Source: Macrostomum lignano (Eukaryota). Taken from it: a stretch of DNA of 64,000 nucleotides. The position numbers and the translations under genes were made by a program. Positions 33,897 through 52,560 of this stretch are shown one piece after another; the stretch's first letter is position 1, and each line of letters begins with the position of its first letter. The notes under the pieces are model-generated. The model did not search any database, was not told the DNA's origin, and worked only from the letters and a program-made list of their open reading frames with translations. Where the stretch lies: the NCBI GenBank assembly GCA_002269645.1, contig NIVC01001269.1, forward strand, positions 177,205 through 241,204. Reading direction: 5' to 3'.

Positions 33897-35615
33897 TTAG
33901 GTTGCTGGAACTAGCCAAACATCTTCGTACTCGTTGGTATCGGCGTATGTGTACAGGTCCGCTTCATTCTGAGGCGTCTGCTGCGAAGCTGCTTGAGTTG
34001 AGTCGCTTGTAGAGTTTATGTAGACTGTGCTTACTTCCGTTGATGTTGTCGGACTCAGGCTTGGAGCTTTGATGGCGCCTGAACTTTTAGCTGCTGGTAG
34101 CCGTTTCTAAAAGTGATGCGGTGCGTTTGTTATACTGCACTTAGGTTTGTTGTATTCAATTAGTACACGTAGGTTTGTTATAGTACATCTAGGTTTGTTA
34201 AAGTACATTTTAGGTTTGTTATAGTACATGTAGGTTTGTTATAGTACATGTAGGTTTGTTATAGTACATTTTAGGTTTGTTCGAGTACATCTAGGTTTGT
34301 TGTAGTACATGCAGGTTTGTTATAGTACACGTAGGTTTGTTATAGTACAAGTTAGCTTTGTTATAGTACATGCAGGTTTGTTGTAGTACATGCAGCTAGG
34401 TTTGTTATGGTACATGCAGGTTTTTTATAATACATGTAGATTTGTTATGGTACATGTTGGTTTGTTATAGTACATCCAGGTTTGTTATAGTACATGCAGG
34501 TTTGTTATAGTACGTGCAGGTTTGTTATAGTACATGTAGATTTGTTATGGTACATGTTGGTTTGTTATAGTACATCCAGGTTTGTTATAGTACATGCAGG
34601 TTTGTTATAGTACATGCAGGTTTGTTATAGTACGTGCAGGTTTGTTATAGTACGTGCAGGTTTGTTATAGTACATGTAGATTTGTTATGGTACATGTTGG
34701 TTTGTTATAGTACATCCAGGTTTGTTATAGTACATGTAGATTTGTTATGGTACATGTTGGTTTGTTATAGTACATCCAGGTTTGTTATAGTACATGCAGG
34801 TTTGTTATAGTACGTGCAGGTTTGTTATAGTACATGTCGATTTGTTATGGTACATGTTGGTTTGTTATAGTACATCCAGGTTTGTTATAGTACATGTAGG
34901 TTTGTTATAGTACATGTAGGTTTGTTATTGGACATGTTGGTTTGTTATAGTACATGTAGATTTGTTATAGTACATGTAGGTTTGTTATAGTACATGTAGG
35001 TTTGTTATAGTACATGTAGGTTTGTTATAGTACATGTAGGTTTGTTATAGTACATGTAGGTTTGTTATAGTACATGTAGGTTTGTTATAGTACATGTAGG
35101 TTTGTTATAGTACATGTAGGTTTGTTATTGGACATGTAGTTTGTTATAGTACATGTAGGTTTGTTATAGTACATGTAGGTTTGTTATTGGACATGTTGGT
35201 TTGTTATAGTACATGTAGGTTTGTTATAGTACATGTAGGTTTGTTATTGGACATGTTGGTTTGTTATAGTACATGTAGATTTGTTATAGTACACGTAGGC
35301 TTGTTATTGTATATTTATTTTATTTAGGAGTTGAAGATTCAATAAACATTCAAACGAATTGACAGCTACGGTATGGACAGAAAGTATCAATGCTACGAGC
35401 TTCCAGTTTGATTCCAGTCTGCACTATTTTTTTCCAAAAAAATTCTGTTTTTGCTTCTTATGGAGCGCTTACCGGCTTGTAAAATAAAATGACCAACATC
35501 AGAGCGAAGAGCATCAGTGAGGAAACCAGCACAGCTATGCAGAGTATCGTTTTCACTCCGGTGTACATGTCGGCATGCTGACTAGCGCTGGAAGAAGAAT
35601 CAGTCTGAGCAGTGG
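33897..35615 (-). CDS. Transmembrane exon (35615-35473) plus tyrosine-motif cytoplasmic exon (34106-33897) of a type-I membrane protein; upstream connection unresolved
   Basis: ttgcag|..TILCIAVLVSSLMLFALMLVILFYKP|gtaagc; then ttttag|KRLPAAK...VYIN...LYTYADTNEYEDVWLVPAT*; phase-0 junction matches; candidate upstream phase-1 exon ends near 36400. Confidence 0.6.
34140..35300. repeat. 20-bp minisatellite (AGGTTTGTTATAGTACATGT), about 58 copies
   Basis: Direct reading; lies in the intron 35472-34107. Confidence 0.96.
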
Positions 35616-35889
35616 CTGCAAGTGCGCGTTAGCAAGTTTGTTGTGCACTTCAAAATTCCCAATATTATCTAAGTGGAAGTTAAACAAAAAGCACTCACTC
35701 CTGCCTTGCGAAGCGGTGTCGATGGAATCTTGAAAAAGAAAAAAAAAGAAAAAGTTTTGAGTAGCATTCGCGATGCAAAGAGCTTCTGAGGTACGAAATT
35801 GTCATCGAACTGCTTGGAGGCCTGATATAATCCATGAGAGTACATGTATGAGATAAACTATCAATAGTTTTTTCTTAACCTATATTAAT

Positions 35890-36162
35890 TGATTATACCC
35901 TAATGGGCAGATGTGCAACCGACAGCTCAGCCGCAGCTATTGCGCGGCGCATCTGAAGGCTGCGTACGGCTGTTCAGTCCAAGGACTGGGGGGTCGCCAC
36001 ACACACCCTCAATTACCCCCAGCTAATGCTGGCACCCCATTTTACAGCTGGGTGAACTGAAGCAATGCAGAGTTAAGGGCAAAAATTGTTCCAGGTAAGA
36101 TCGGGAATCGAACCCCCGACCTTCAAGTCGTGAGTCCGATGCTCTGACCACTAGGCTACAAC
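35890..36162 (-). mobile_element. CORE-like SINE, family A, copy 3
   Basis: Reverse complement of family A. Confidence 0.9.
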
Positions 36163-36764
36163 GTCCAAGGAAATAGGCGATACTGAACAGTCTCAATAAA
36201 GGGTAAAGGCAGTATGCTATAGAAAAAATATTACCTTTTCCTATTGCTTCCGAATACGTACGAGATGAAATGATGAGTAAGACCGATATTGAAAGCACCG
36301 AACTGCTCATAGTTTCAGTATTTAGTGCTTGTAGCTTATAGTTCTAAAACTTCAAAACTCTGCTGACGCACTGCAGGCTTCGGTTTAAAAGCTACCTGCT
36401 GCAAGACCTGCATGTACAGGTATAGCATTGCTGCCAGTCGCAGATGCACACGAAGATTGAGCTTCAGCGGTTTTTGCTGTGACATGAAAATACTTCATAG
36501 CAGTTACTTGCACTCGATGCTGCTGCATGGTCTGATAAAGTAAACTTTCTGCACGAATGTGCAAGTTGGCGTAGCTACGGACTACGCTGCATCCGCAGCT
36601 TCCATGCGCAATCAACAATACCGTAATGAACTTTGTACTGGCAAAACTTTTGTTAAATTTATAAGCCTGCTTGCTGATAAAATGAAAAACTGTTTAAAAA
36701 CATTTGGGCCAAATATGTGCATGGCCCATTATTTCTTACAGATAGAAATAATAATGATTATTTT

Positions 36765-37025
36765 TTATTACACCTGCCCTAATGGCCAGATGTGCTATTG
36801 CGCGGCGCATCTGAAGGCTGCGTACGGCTGTTCAGTCCAAGGACTGGGCAATTATCCCTCAATTATCCCAGCTAATGCTGGCACCCATTTTACAGCTGGG
36901 TGAACTGAAGCAATGCAGAGTTAAGTGTCCTGCTCAAGGACACAAATTGTTCCGATTGGGCCGAGAATCGAAGTCCCGACCTTTCAGTCGGTGAGTCCGA
37001 CACTCTGACCACTGGGCCACCACAA
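36765..37025 (-). mobile_element. CORE-like SINE, family A, copy 4 (internal deletions)
   Basis: Reverse complement of family A. Confidence 0.87.
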
Positions 37026-37410
37026 CCCCTTCTTACTGTAAGTAGATTTACAAATATTGATATGTATTCAATTACACAAATCAGAGCTCTCATTAATGCC
37101 TCATATTGAAATATAATTCTGTAAAAAGCCAGGTTTTGACTTGGCTTTGTTCTCGGCAATTTCGGAAACAGGCCGATCAGTTAATGTACACCAGCGGCTC
37201 ATCGTATGTCCCGCTGTCGACGGTGCCGTGCTCAGGTAGCTGCTGAGCATTGCACGGAGCGCTGCTCGTCTGCTGCAGACGATGGAAGAAGCAGCTGCAC
37301 TGGGTGCCGGCCGATGTTGCCGTAGTGGTCTGAGCTGTGTCCGACGCGCCGAGGGCAGTAATCCGGTGGAGTTTGGTTCGAGCACCTTGCTGCTGGACAT
37401 TTTTTGAGGT

Positions 37411-43235
<5,825 letters not shown>

Positions 43236-44007
43236 TTTGATAATGTTCGAACCCAGGCTTTCTAATGCTAAGTTTTTAGATGCTTTTTAGCTCATAAATG
43301 TATGCTGCAATAAAAATGCTGAACATCAAACCCACGTCATTTTCATATGAAGTAACCTTAACTGTGGCAAGCGGCTCGCACATTTGACAAATTTCAATTT
43401 GTTTACAAGATAAAGATTTTAATTAAAGTGAAGTTCAATGCTAATGCACAAGCTATCAGACGTTCAATGCAAGAGGTATTGCAAAAATCTCTTAATATTT
43501 TTCTGCTGTCATATCAAACTTGGTCACGTACGATGCGTGGACGGCTTCAAAGTGCAAAATATAAAGCAGCGTAAGAGATTCTGAGAAACAAATTAAACAA
43601 AAAGAGCGATTTGTTCTACTGCTAGTAGAACTACCCAGAACAATGCAACATTAAATTAAGCCTAAGCTGTACGTAAGGACACTGGAAAGTAATATCTACT
43701 TTAAATAAACAATCACAAACAGCTTTTAAAAATTGTCAGTATTATTTTCTGTGCCATCATTGGTTTTTTTTCCTTCTTAAGAAAGCACAATCGTCCACAC
43801 TATCACTATCAACATATTGGCCGTAGTAGTTCAGTAGTTGCTTCTTGTCGCGAATTTTAAATTTTTCGATACATATCGGAAACTCATAAAAATACATGGT
43901 ATAAAGTATAACTAAACACAAAAATACTTTCATGACAACATGATTTCGCATAAAGTAAGGGCTCCAGAAAGCAAATTCTGTTAAGTGCTATAAAAATGAT
44001 AAAAAGT

Positions 44008-44078
44008 TGCATCGGCCGGGAATCGAACCCGGGCCGCCCGCGTGGCAGGCGAGCATTCTACCACTGAACCACCGATGC
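44008..44078 (-). tRNA. tRNA-Gly (GCC)
   Basis: GCATCGGTGGTTCAGTGGTAGAATGCTCGCCTGCCACGCGGGCGGCCCGGGTTCGATTCCCGGCCGATGCA; complete cloverleaf; T5 Pol III terminator just downstream. Confidence 0.97.
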
Positions 44079-44599
44079 TTACAGTCAAGAGCTGAAATTT
44101 GCCCTATTTATACTCCATACTCAGTTTAGAGTAAAAATGCAGGCCGGAAAGGCTTGAACTTATACGGGCGAGCCCAGATGCATAAAAGAAGGGCCCAGTG
44201 GTGTAAATCTGCTTTCTTTGTAAATAAGTTCGTACGGGCTTATACCTTAGTAAGTTAGTCTAAGCATATAGGCTGTAAGTAAACAATTTGAGGCTATTTC
44301 CGACCCTTGAATTCCATTCGGTCTGCATCTGCAAGCACAGTAAAGTCGCATTACCACAATCGGCTTAGTTTACCTGAAAGTCCTGAAACGATAGCAAGCC
44401 TTAAGCCCTCTTAATTCAAGCAAGATTTAATAAGATACACTTCAAATTGAAACCAATGGCATATGGATATGGCAAACTGCATATAGCTATACCCAAAACT
44501 CAAGCTGCACACGTGACCTTTAGCTGCTGCTGTTAATGCGAAGCAGCTGGCACACTCAGTTTGACCCTTTTCACTATTGCGACCATGTACTATGTCTAT

Positions 44600-45025
44600 G
44601 TGTGTATTGTGGCGCCCCGTATGTACACCCAGCCAGATGTGGCGCCCCTTACACCAGCCAGATGTGGCGCCCCTTGCACCAGCCAGATGTGGCGCCCCTT
44701 GCACCAGCCAGATGTGGCGCCCCTTGCACCAGCCAGATGTGGCGCCTCGTACATGCAAAACCAGTCAGATGTGGCGCCCGATACATGCAAAACCAGTCAG
44801 AAGTGGCGCCCCGTACATGTACACCAGTCAGATCTGGCGCCCCGTACATGTACACCAGTCAGATCTGGCGCCCCGTACATGTACACCAGTCAGATCTGGC
44901 GCCCCGTACATGTACACCAGTCAGATCTGGCGCCCCGTACATGTACACCAGCCAAATGTGGCGCCCCGTACATGTACACCAGCCAAATGTGGCGCCCTGT
45001 ACATGTACACCAGCCAAATGTGGCC
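44600..45025. repeat. 25-bp to 31-bp minisatellite with palindromic cores (GTACATGTAC, AGATCT, GGCGCC)
   Basis: Direct reading. Confidence 0.9.
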
Positions 45026-46074
45026 TCGGAACGTGACCTCAGTTACGTTCGTGCACATGCCCTGAAATCAACTACAAGAGCCTTGGATATCAATTTTAAG
45101 CATTCATCAACAAAATTTTAGCTAATAGCAACAATGTTTAACAATATAATTTGCATGTGCACACAGGCTCGTAGTAACACTAACAGGAAGTCAAATTGCG
45201 GACCGCACACACCGCGGGTCCAGTTGATTTTAATGCAGGTACGAGTAGTTGGCAGTTTTGGCTTCGGAAATGCGCATGTATAGATATTAAAATATGCAGA
45301 AATTCAGTTTTACACTTTCACATTATTACCGTATTTGCTTAGGGGGACTTGAACTCCATGAAATCTTGAAGCAAGTAACCATTCATAATACAAGTAGCTT
45401 TTCTCTTCCTCTATCCCTCTCCCTGTTCCCCTATCCCTCTCCCTCTCTCTCCCTCTTTCTCCCGTCTATCTACAAGTAATTAAAATGTAATTTTATAAAC
45501 AGATCTGTGCTTGAATATTTTAAATACAAAATGGTTACAAAAAATTCAAGTCAGCATTACGAGTTACCAATCCAAAACTGTTGAATCCACTGAATAAGGT
45601 GCAGTTATCAGACTCGCTGATCAATTTCCAATATCTGACAGTTTATTAAAATTATTGCATACTTTAATTCATTATTCATTACAAAGCTGCAATGCGTCAA
45701 AAATATTCAACATGAAGATATTTGGCAGTAAAACGCCTTTGAATCAACTATATAGCTAATGTTAAGCTTAGTGAGAAAAATATGTTAATTGTCTGTCGCA
45801 AAAATTCAATTTCACAGTGGCACAAAAATCTATAAATAATTAGTAATATATAGCACAAGAATATTACTGAAGGAGGGAGGATAGAAATTTATTCATTTTG
45901 AAATTAATGAGAAATTTACACAGCCAAGCTGAATAATTAAGGAAGGATAGTTTTAATGCATAGAGCAATTTAATCAGAAAACAGAAAAATCACACCCATC
46001 AATACTGGAATAGAAAAAGGCATATAATTTGGTTTGGTATTTACAGTTACATTAACGCTTTAATGCCGCTTTAA

Positions 46075-46690
46075 GCTTCACCGTTAGCAACACTGTTAGC
46101 GACACTCTTAGCGACACTCTTAGCGACACTGTTAGCAACACTGTTAGCGACACTTTTAGCGACACTCTTAGCGACACTGTTAGCGACTGTTAGCGACACT
46201 GTTAGCGACACTTTGAGCGACACCTTTAGCGACACCTTTGGCGACACTCTTAGCGACACCTTTAGCGACATCTTTAGCGACACCTTTAGCGACACTCCTA
46301 GCGACACCTTTAGCGACATCTTTAGCGACACCTTTAGCGACATTGTTAGCGACACCTTTAGCGACACTTTTAGCGACACTGTTAGCGACACTGTTAGCGA
46401 CTGTTAGCGACACTGTTAGCGACACTTTGAGCGACACTTTGAGCGACACCTTTAGCGACACCTTTGGCGACACTCTTAGCGACACCTTTAGCGACATCTT
46501 TAGCGACACCTTTAGCGACACCTTTAGCGACACTCTTAGCGACACCTTTAGCGACACCTTTAGCGACACTTTTAGCGACAATCTTAGCGACATCTTTAGC
46601 GACACCTTTAGCGACACTGTTAGCGACACCTTTAGCGACACTTTTAGCGACACTCTTAGCGACAGACACCTTTAGCGACACTGTTAGCGG
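46075..46690. repeat. 12-bp minisatellite (TTAGCGACACYK)
   Basis: Direct reading. Confidence 0.95.
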
Positions 46691-47250
46691 CAATCGACAC
46701 AAAAGTTGAAGCTAGTAAAATATGAAAAAAATATAAGAGTAAATAGTAGACGACTATGACAGACCAGATGAGGAATAGTTAGAGCAGGCAAGCCAGAAAA
46801 TAACCATAAAATGGCAAAAATGCACCAAAATTTAATCAATAATTTTCTGACTGAATTCGGAAAGAAATTCAAATGAAATTTGTAAATCGAGTTCTGACTA
46901 ATCCCGGATCGCAACTTATGTCAGCAGCTGGATTGCGATGACTAAAATATTGAGAGCGAAAGTGCCTGGCTGCACAGGGGCAGCCCGGCTCAGAATGACT
47001 GCTGCCAGAGTTCATGGCTCGTGACAGGGGCATCGCCAAAATGAGAGGACAGGACGAGTTACTATTGGGGATGGTGACAGCGAAGTCTTTGCTAAACTGG
47101 CATTGGTGGCAGCACACACAGAGATAAACGGGCATTGGTGGCAGCACACACAGAGATAAACGGGCATTGGTGGCAGCACACACTAAGTACATTTTACGCT
47201 GCCTATCCACAAGTGACACCATCAGGCATAAAAAAACAAACAAATCAAAC

Positions 47251-50200
47251 TCAGAAGACCAGCCGACCAGCTCTGTACAGGTCCAGCAGTCTCGCCAGCA
47301 CAGCGCCCTGCTGCATCGACTGCTGACCAATCAGCTTCGGGTCCAGAGCGGTCAGCGTCAGCGACGCCGTGATGGCTGGGCGGATGAGAGTCGGGCCGAA
47401 GATCAAACCGATATTTGATGGAGACATCTTGTTCACCTGGGTGGGGAGTGCGGCCAGCGACAATTGAACGATGAATTATTTATAGTTTTGCTTTATGCTA
47501 TGCTGCTGGGTATGAGGAAATGGGGTTATTAGTGCTTGCAACTGACACTAGCCCAGCAACTGAGGATCTGGGAGGCTGGCCCAGCAACTGAGGATCTGGG
47601 AGGCTGGCCCAGCAACTGAGGATCTGGGAGGCTGGCCCAGCAACTGAGGATCTGGGAGGCTTGAACAGCAACTGAGGATCTGGGAGGCTGGCCCAGCAAC
47701 TGAGGATCTGGGAGGCTGGCCCAGCAACTGAGGATCTGGGAGGCTGGCCCAGCAACTAAGGATCTGGGAGGCTGGCCCTGGCCCAGCAACTGAGAATCTG
47801 GGAGGCTGGCCCTGGCCCAGCAACTGAGGATCTGGGAGGCTGGCCCTGGCCCAGCAACTGAGGATCTGGGAGGCTGGCCCAGCAACTGAGGATCTGGGAG
47901 GCTGGCCCAGCAACTGAGGATCTGGGAGGCTCGCCCAGCAACTGAGGATCTGGGAGGCTTGAACAGCAACTGGGGATCTGGGAGTCTGGCCCAGCAACTG
48001 AGGATCTGGGAGGCTTGAACAGCAACTGAGGATCTGGGAGGCTGGCCCAGCAACTGAGGATCTGGGAGGCTGGCCCCAGCAACTGAGGATCTGGGAGGCT
48101 GGCCCCAGCAACTGAGGATCTGGGAGGCTGGCCCAGCAACTGAGGATCTGGGAGGCTGGCCCTAGAAACTGAGGATCTGGGAGGCTGGCCCCAGAAACTG
48201 AGGATCTGGGAGGCTGGCCCTAGCAACTGAGGATCTGGGAGGCTGGCCCCAGCAACTGAGGATTTGGGAGGCTGGCCCCAGCAACTGAGGATCTGGGAGG
48301 CTGGCCCCAGCAACTGAGGATCTGGGAGGCTGGCCCAGCAACTGAGGATCTGGGAGGCTGGCCCAGCAACTGAGGATCTGGGAGGCTGGCCCAGCAACTG
48401 AGGATCTGGGAGGCTGGCCCCAGCAACTGAGGATCTGGGAGGCTGGCCCAGCAACTGAGGATCTGGGAGGCTGGCCCAGCAACTGACACTCTGGGAGGGG
48501 GGCGCTTCATAAGACCTAAATTTCGCAACGCCTAAAGCACATGACTTCACATCACCTAAATTTCATAACGCCTAAATTTCACAACGCCTAAAATCGAAAA
48601 TGCAGCCTCCTTCACAACGCCTAAATTTCACATCGCCTAAATTTCACAACGCCTAAAATTTCTGCACGCTCCTTCAAATCGCCTAAATTTCATATCGCCT
48701 AAATTTCATAACGCCTAAAACCGAAAATGCATCCTACTTCATATCGCCTAAATTTCACAACGCCTAAAAATCTGCATGCTCTTTCATATCGCCTAAACTT
48801 CATATCGCCTAAATTTCACAACACCTAAAACTGAATGTGAAGGAGAGAAGCAAAGATTTTAGGCGTTGTGAAATTTAGGCGATGTGAAATTTAGGCGTTG
48901 TGAAGTAGGATGCACTTTTGATTTTAGGCGTTATGAAATTTAGGCGATATGAAATTTAGGCGATGTGAAAGAGCGTGCAAATATTTTAGGCGTTGTGAAA
49001 TTTAGGCGATATGAAATTTAGGCGTTGTGAAGTGTGGTGGTTTTAGGCGTTGTGAAATTTAGGTCTTATGAAAGCGTCCCTCTGGGAGGCTGGCCCAGCA
49101 ACTGAGGATCTGGGAGGCTGGCCAAGCAACTGAGGATCAGGGAGGCTGGCCCAGCAACTGACACTCTGGGAGGCTGGCCCAGCAACTGAGGATCTGGGAG
49201 GCTGGCCCAGCAACTGAGGATCCGAAAAGGTTGACCAAGAATGCGGACCTGGCAGCTGTCGCACACGCGCAGCAGGTGGTCAAACAGGAAGGCAGCAGTG
49301 GCGGCGTTGGCACGCGGCAGGGTGCCAGTTGGCAGCAGTCCCAGCAGTTCGCGATCGTCCGCTTCGCTAGCCGCAGTCAGAGCTTCGTGCAGGCTGGCGG
49401 TGAACAGCGGCTCCGGCAGTTCGCGAAGGTACAGCTTCAGCAAGCCGGTGCAGACGTGAATGTCCAGGCCGTCCAGAGCCTGCGGCGGGCCGGGGCCGTC
49501 CGTGTCGATTCGAGCTCGGGCGCTCTGCAAGGCAAATAATGAAGCTGGGTTGGAATTCACTGGCAACAGGTTACGTAATTGGCTCAATTAGCTAGTTTGC
49601 AAAGGTCCTTTGAAACTTTACAATAGCAATCTGGCCGAGAAGAGAGCTGAGAAGAGACACAGACCTTTGGGGCGGACCGGATGTATATTGTAAAAAAGGT
49701 TTCAAAGAAACCGAGGGCCGGATAGAGAGGCTTTGCGGGCCAAAGGTTGCCGAACCCTGGTGTACAGGTTTCACAGGGTGTGACGCGGGAGCTGCACTGG
49801 AAGTGGCGGCAGCATCGACACTCGCATGCAAACGTTATAAAATGAACGAACCTGCAAGTCGGTGGATGATCCGGAGACTCTGTACAGTCCCAGCTCGGTG
49901 AGGTGGCGGTTGACCTGCTGCACCAGACCCTGCACCAGCATAGGCACAGCCTCAGCAGCTAGCGGCTCAGCTAGCATTGATTTCTCAGCTTCAACAAGCG
50001 TTTCTAGCGGGACGCCGAACACCGCCAGGTGCTGCTGCTGCTGCTGCTGAGGTTGCTGGCACTGCTTATTGAGCACTTTCTGCTGCTGCTGAGGGGGCAG
50101 AACGCACAGGTACTGAGGCACGAAGGCTAAGCTGAGAGTCAACAGCAGAGTCTTCGTTCCAGCCGACAGATAGTGACACTTGGCCTGGTAGTCCCTGAGA

Positions 50201-50375
50201 CCGCTTTCGCACAGGCGCAGCTCCAGGTAGCCAATGTCGCTGGGTCGCCTGTTCGCCGCGTCCATCTGCGACACCACGAATCTGGGCGGGGCATAAAGTG
50301 TGTTGGATTGGAGCTGGTAGGATACAAATCAAAGCAGGACACTGCTAGCTGTCTTGCAGTCCGACACGGAGGCTC

Positions 50376-50414
<39 letters not shown>

Positions 50415-50427
50415 GAGATAGACAGAC

Positions 50428-50512
<85 letters not shown>

Positions 50513-50591
50513 GGCAGACAGACAGACAGACACACAGACACTAAGACAGACAGACACTAAGACAGACAGACAGACAGAGAGACAGACAGAC

Positions 50592-50672
<81 letters not shown>

Positions 50673-52297
50673 GGCAGACAGGCAGACAGACAGGCGCACC
50701 TGATCGCAGACTCGGTGCCATCCAGACTGAGCTGGAAGGCGCACTCGAACGTGGGCTGGGAGCTGCCAGCCGAGCAGAATGGCGTGGAGTGCACCCGCAT
50801 GAAGTGCTGGCTGACGTCTTTAATCTCGGTGGCAACGCAATAGCTAGCGGGCTCGGCCGGGCCCTCCAGCTTGTGCACAGTGACGCTTAGCATGCCGACC
50901 AGGCCGGACTCGCACTTGTCCAGTTTGTCGATTGCGCCGTTGCTGATTGTCGATTGGGCGTCGTCGTTTTCGCCGCCGCCGCCGCCATCGACGCAGTCAA
51001 GACCATCCTCCATGGACTGTTGGACCTGTCGGCGCTGGCGTCGCAGGTACCGATTTCCGAGGTCGGCCACGTCCTGAGCGACGTGCCGGTAGGCGTGCAG
51101 AAGGTCGGCCACCTCAGTCTGGCTGACGGTCACCGGGTTGCAGTCGCCTCGGTTGCCCGGCTGCTGAACCTGCAATATTGAATGCCGGATGTGAACCTTG
51201 GTTGCTCCTCGTTGACACAAGGCATCTCAGCAACTCCCCCATTGAGCCATGGCATCTCAGCAACTCCCCCATTGAGCCATGGCATCTCAGCAACTCCCCC
51301 ATTGAGCCATGGCATCTCAGCAACTCCCCCATGAAGCCATGGCATCTCAGCAACTCCCCCATGGAGCCATGGCATCTCAGCAGTATTTTGATAAAGCATC
51401 TTCAAGTTAATCCGCACCAGATTAGCACCAATCAGCTGTTCCCATTCGCGCCGCTCGAGCTCCGACGACAGCAGCAGGGTGTACTGCTTCTCCTGGGTGC
51501 GGCCGACACGCAGCGGCACATTCGGCACCGTGACAATGAGCTGCGACTGCAGCCTCCGGAGCTGGTCCACACAGCGCTGCATCTGACGCGACGTTGCCCC
51601 ACCTGACGCATTCCTGCCAGCCTCAGCCCGCAACTGCGCCATCTCAGCCTGCAGAGATTTGATTCGAATCTTCAACGAGTTCTCCAGCTGGCAGCGCCGG
51701 TTCTCCTGCTCCAGAGCGGCTCTGGACGGCGCCTGGCGCTCCGAGTTGAACAGCACGCAGGAGTTTTTAGCCACGTGCCACTTCCCCTGCAGACCGACTT
51801 CTTCGGCCGAGTCCAAGCCGACTAAACTGCCGCCCAGACTGTCCGACGTCAGCAGCCGCTGGCTGGCGCAGATCAGCACGTCGCTGAATAGAAAAACTCG
51901 ACGCAGCTTCCGTTGATTGCCGCTCAGCTCCACCATGAGTTGCTGCTTCAGCAGCCGCCTGCAGCAGCGAGCGCTGCTGGCTGAGGAGGCGCCCGCTTCC
52001 GAGGAGCCTCCGGTTGAACCGCTGCCGCCGCCTGCGCCGCTGCCACCGCCGCCGCTGCCGCCGCCGCTGCAACCGCTGGCGTCGCCGGAGAAAACTCGGT
52101 GCAATCGCTGGCAAAATTCGTACAACTGGGGCAGGTCCGGGTGACCTGGCGGCGTCACCTGGTAATGCGTGAAGGCGTCAGGCGTTGTGCAGGCTAACTG
52201 GATAGCTTATTAACCAACTAACTAACTAACTAACTAACTGACTAACTAACCAACTAACTAACTAACCAACTAACTAACTAACTAACTAACTAACTAG

Positions 52298-52350
<53 letters not shown>

Positions 52351-52381
52351 CAACTAACTAACTAACTAACTAACTAACTAG

Positions 52382-52418
<37 letters not shown>

Positions 52419-52489
52419 CAACTAACTAACTAACTAGCTAACTAACTAACTAACTAACTAGCTAACTAACTAACTAACTAACTAACTAG

Positions 52490-52528
<39 letters not shown>

Positions 52529-52529
52529 G

Positions 52530-52560
<31 letters not shown>

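Noticed and set aside
47498-48550. Multiple [18 protein letters not shown] ORFs
   Set aside because: The 28-bp repeat cycles through frames and lies within a BCR intron
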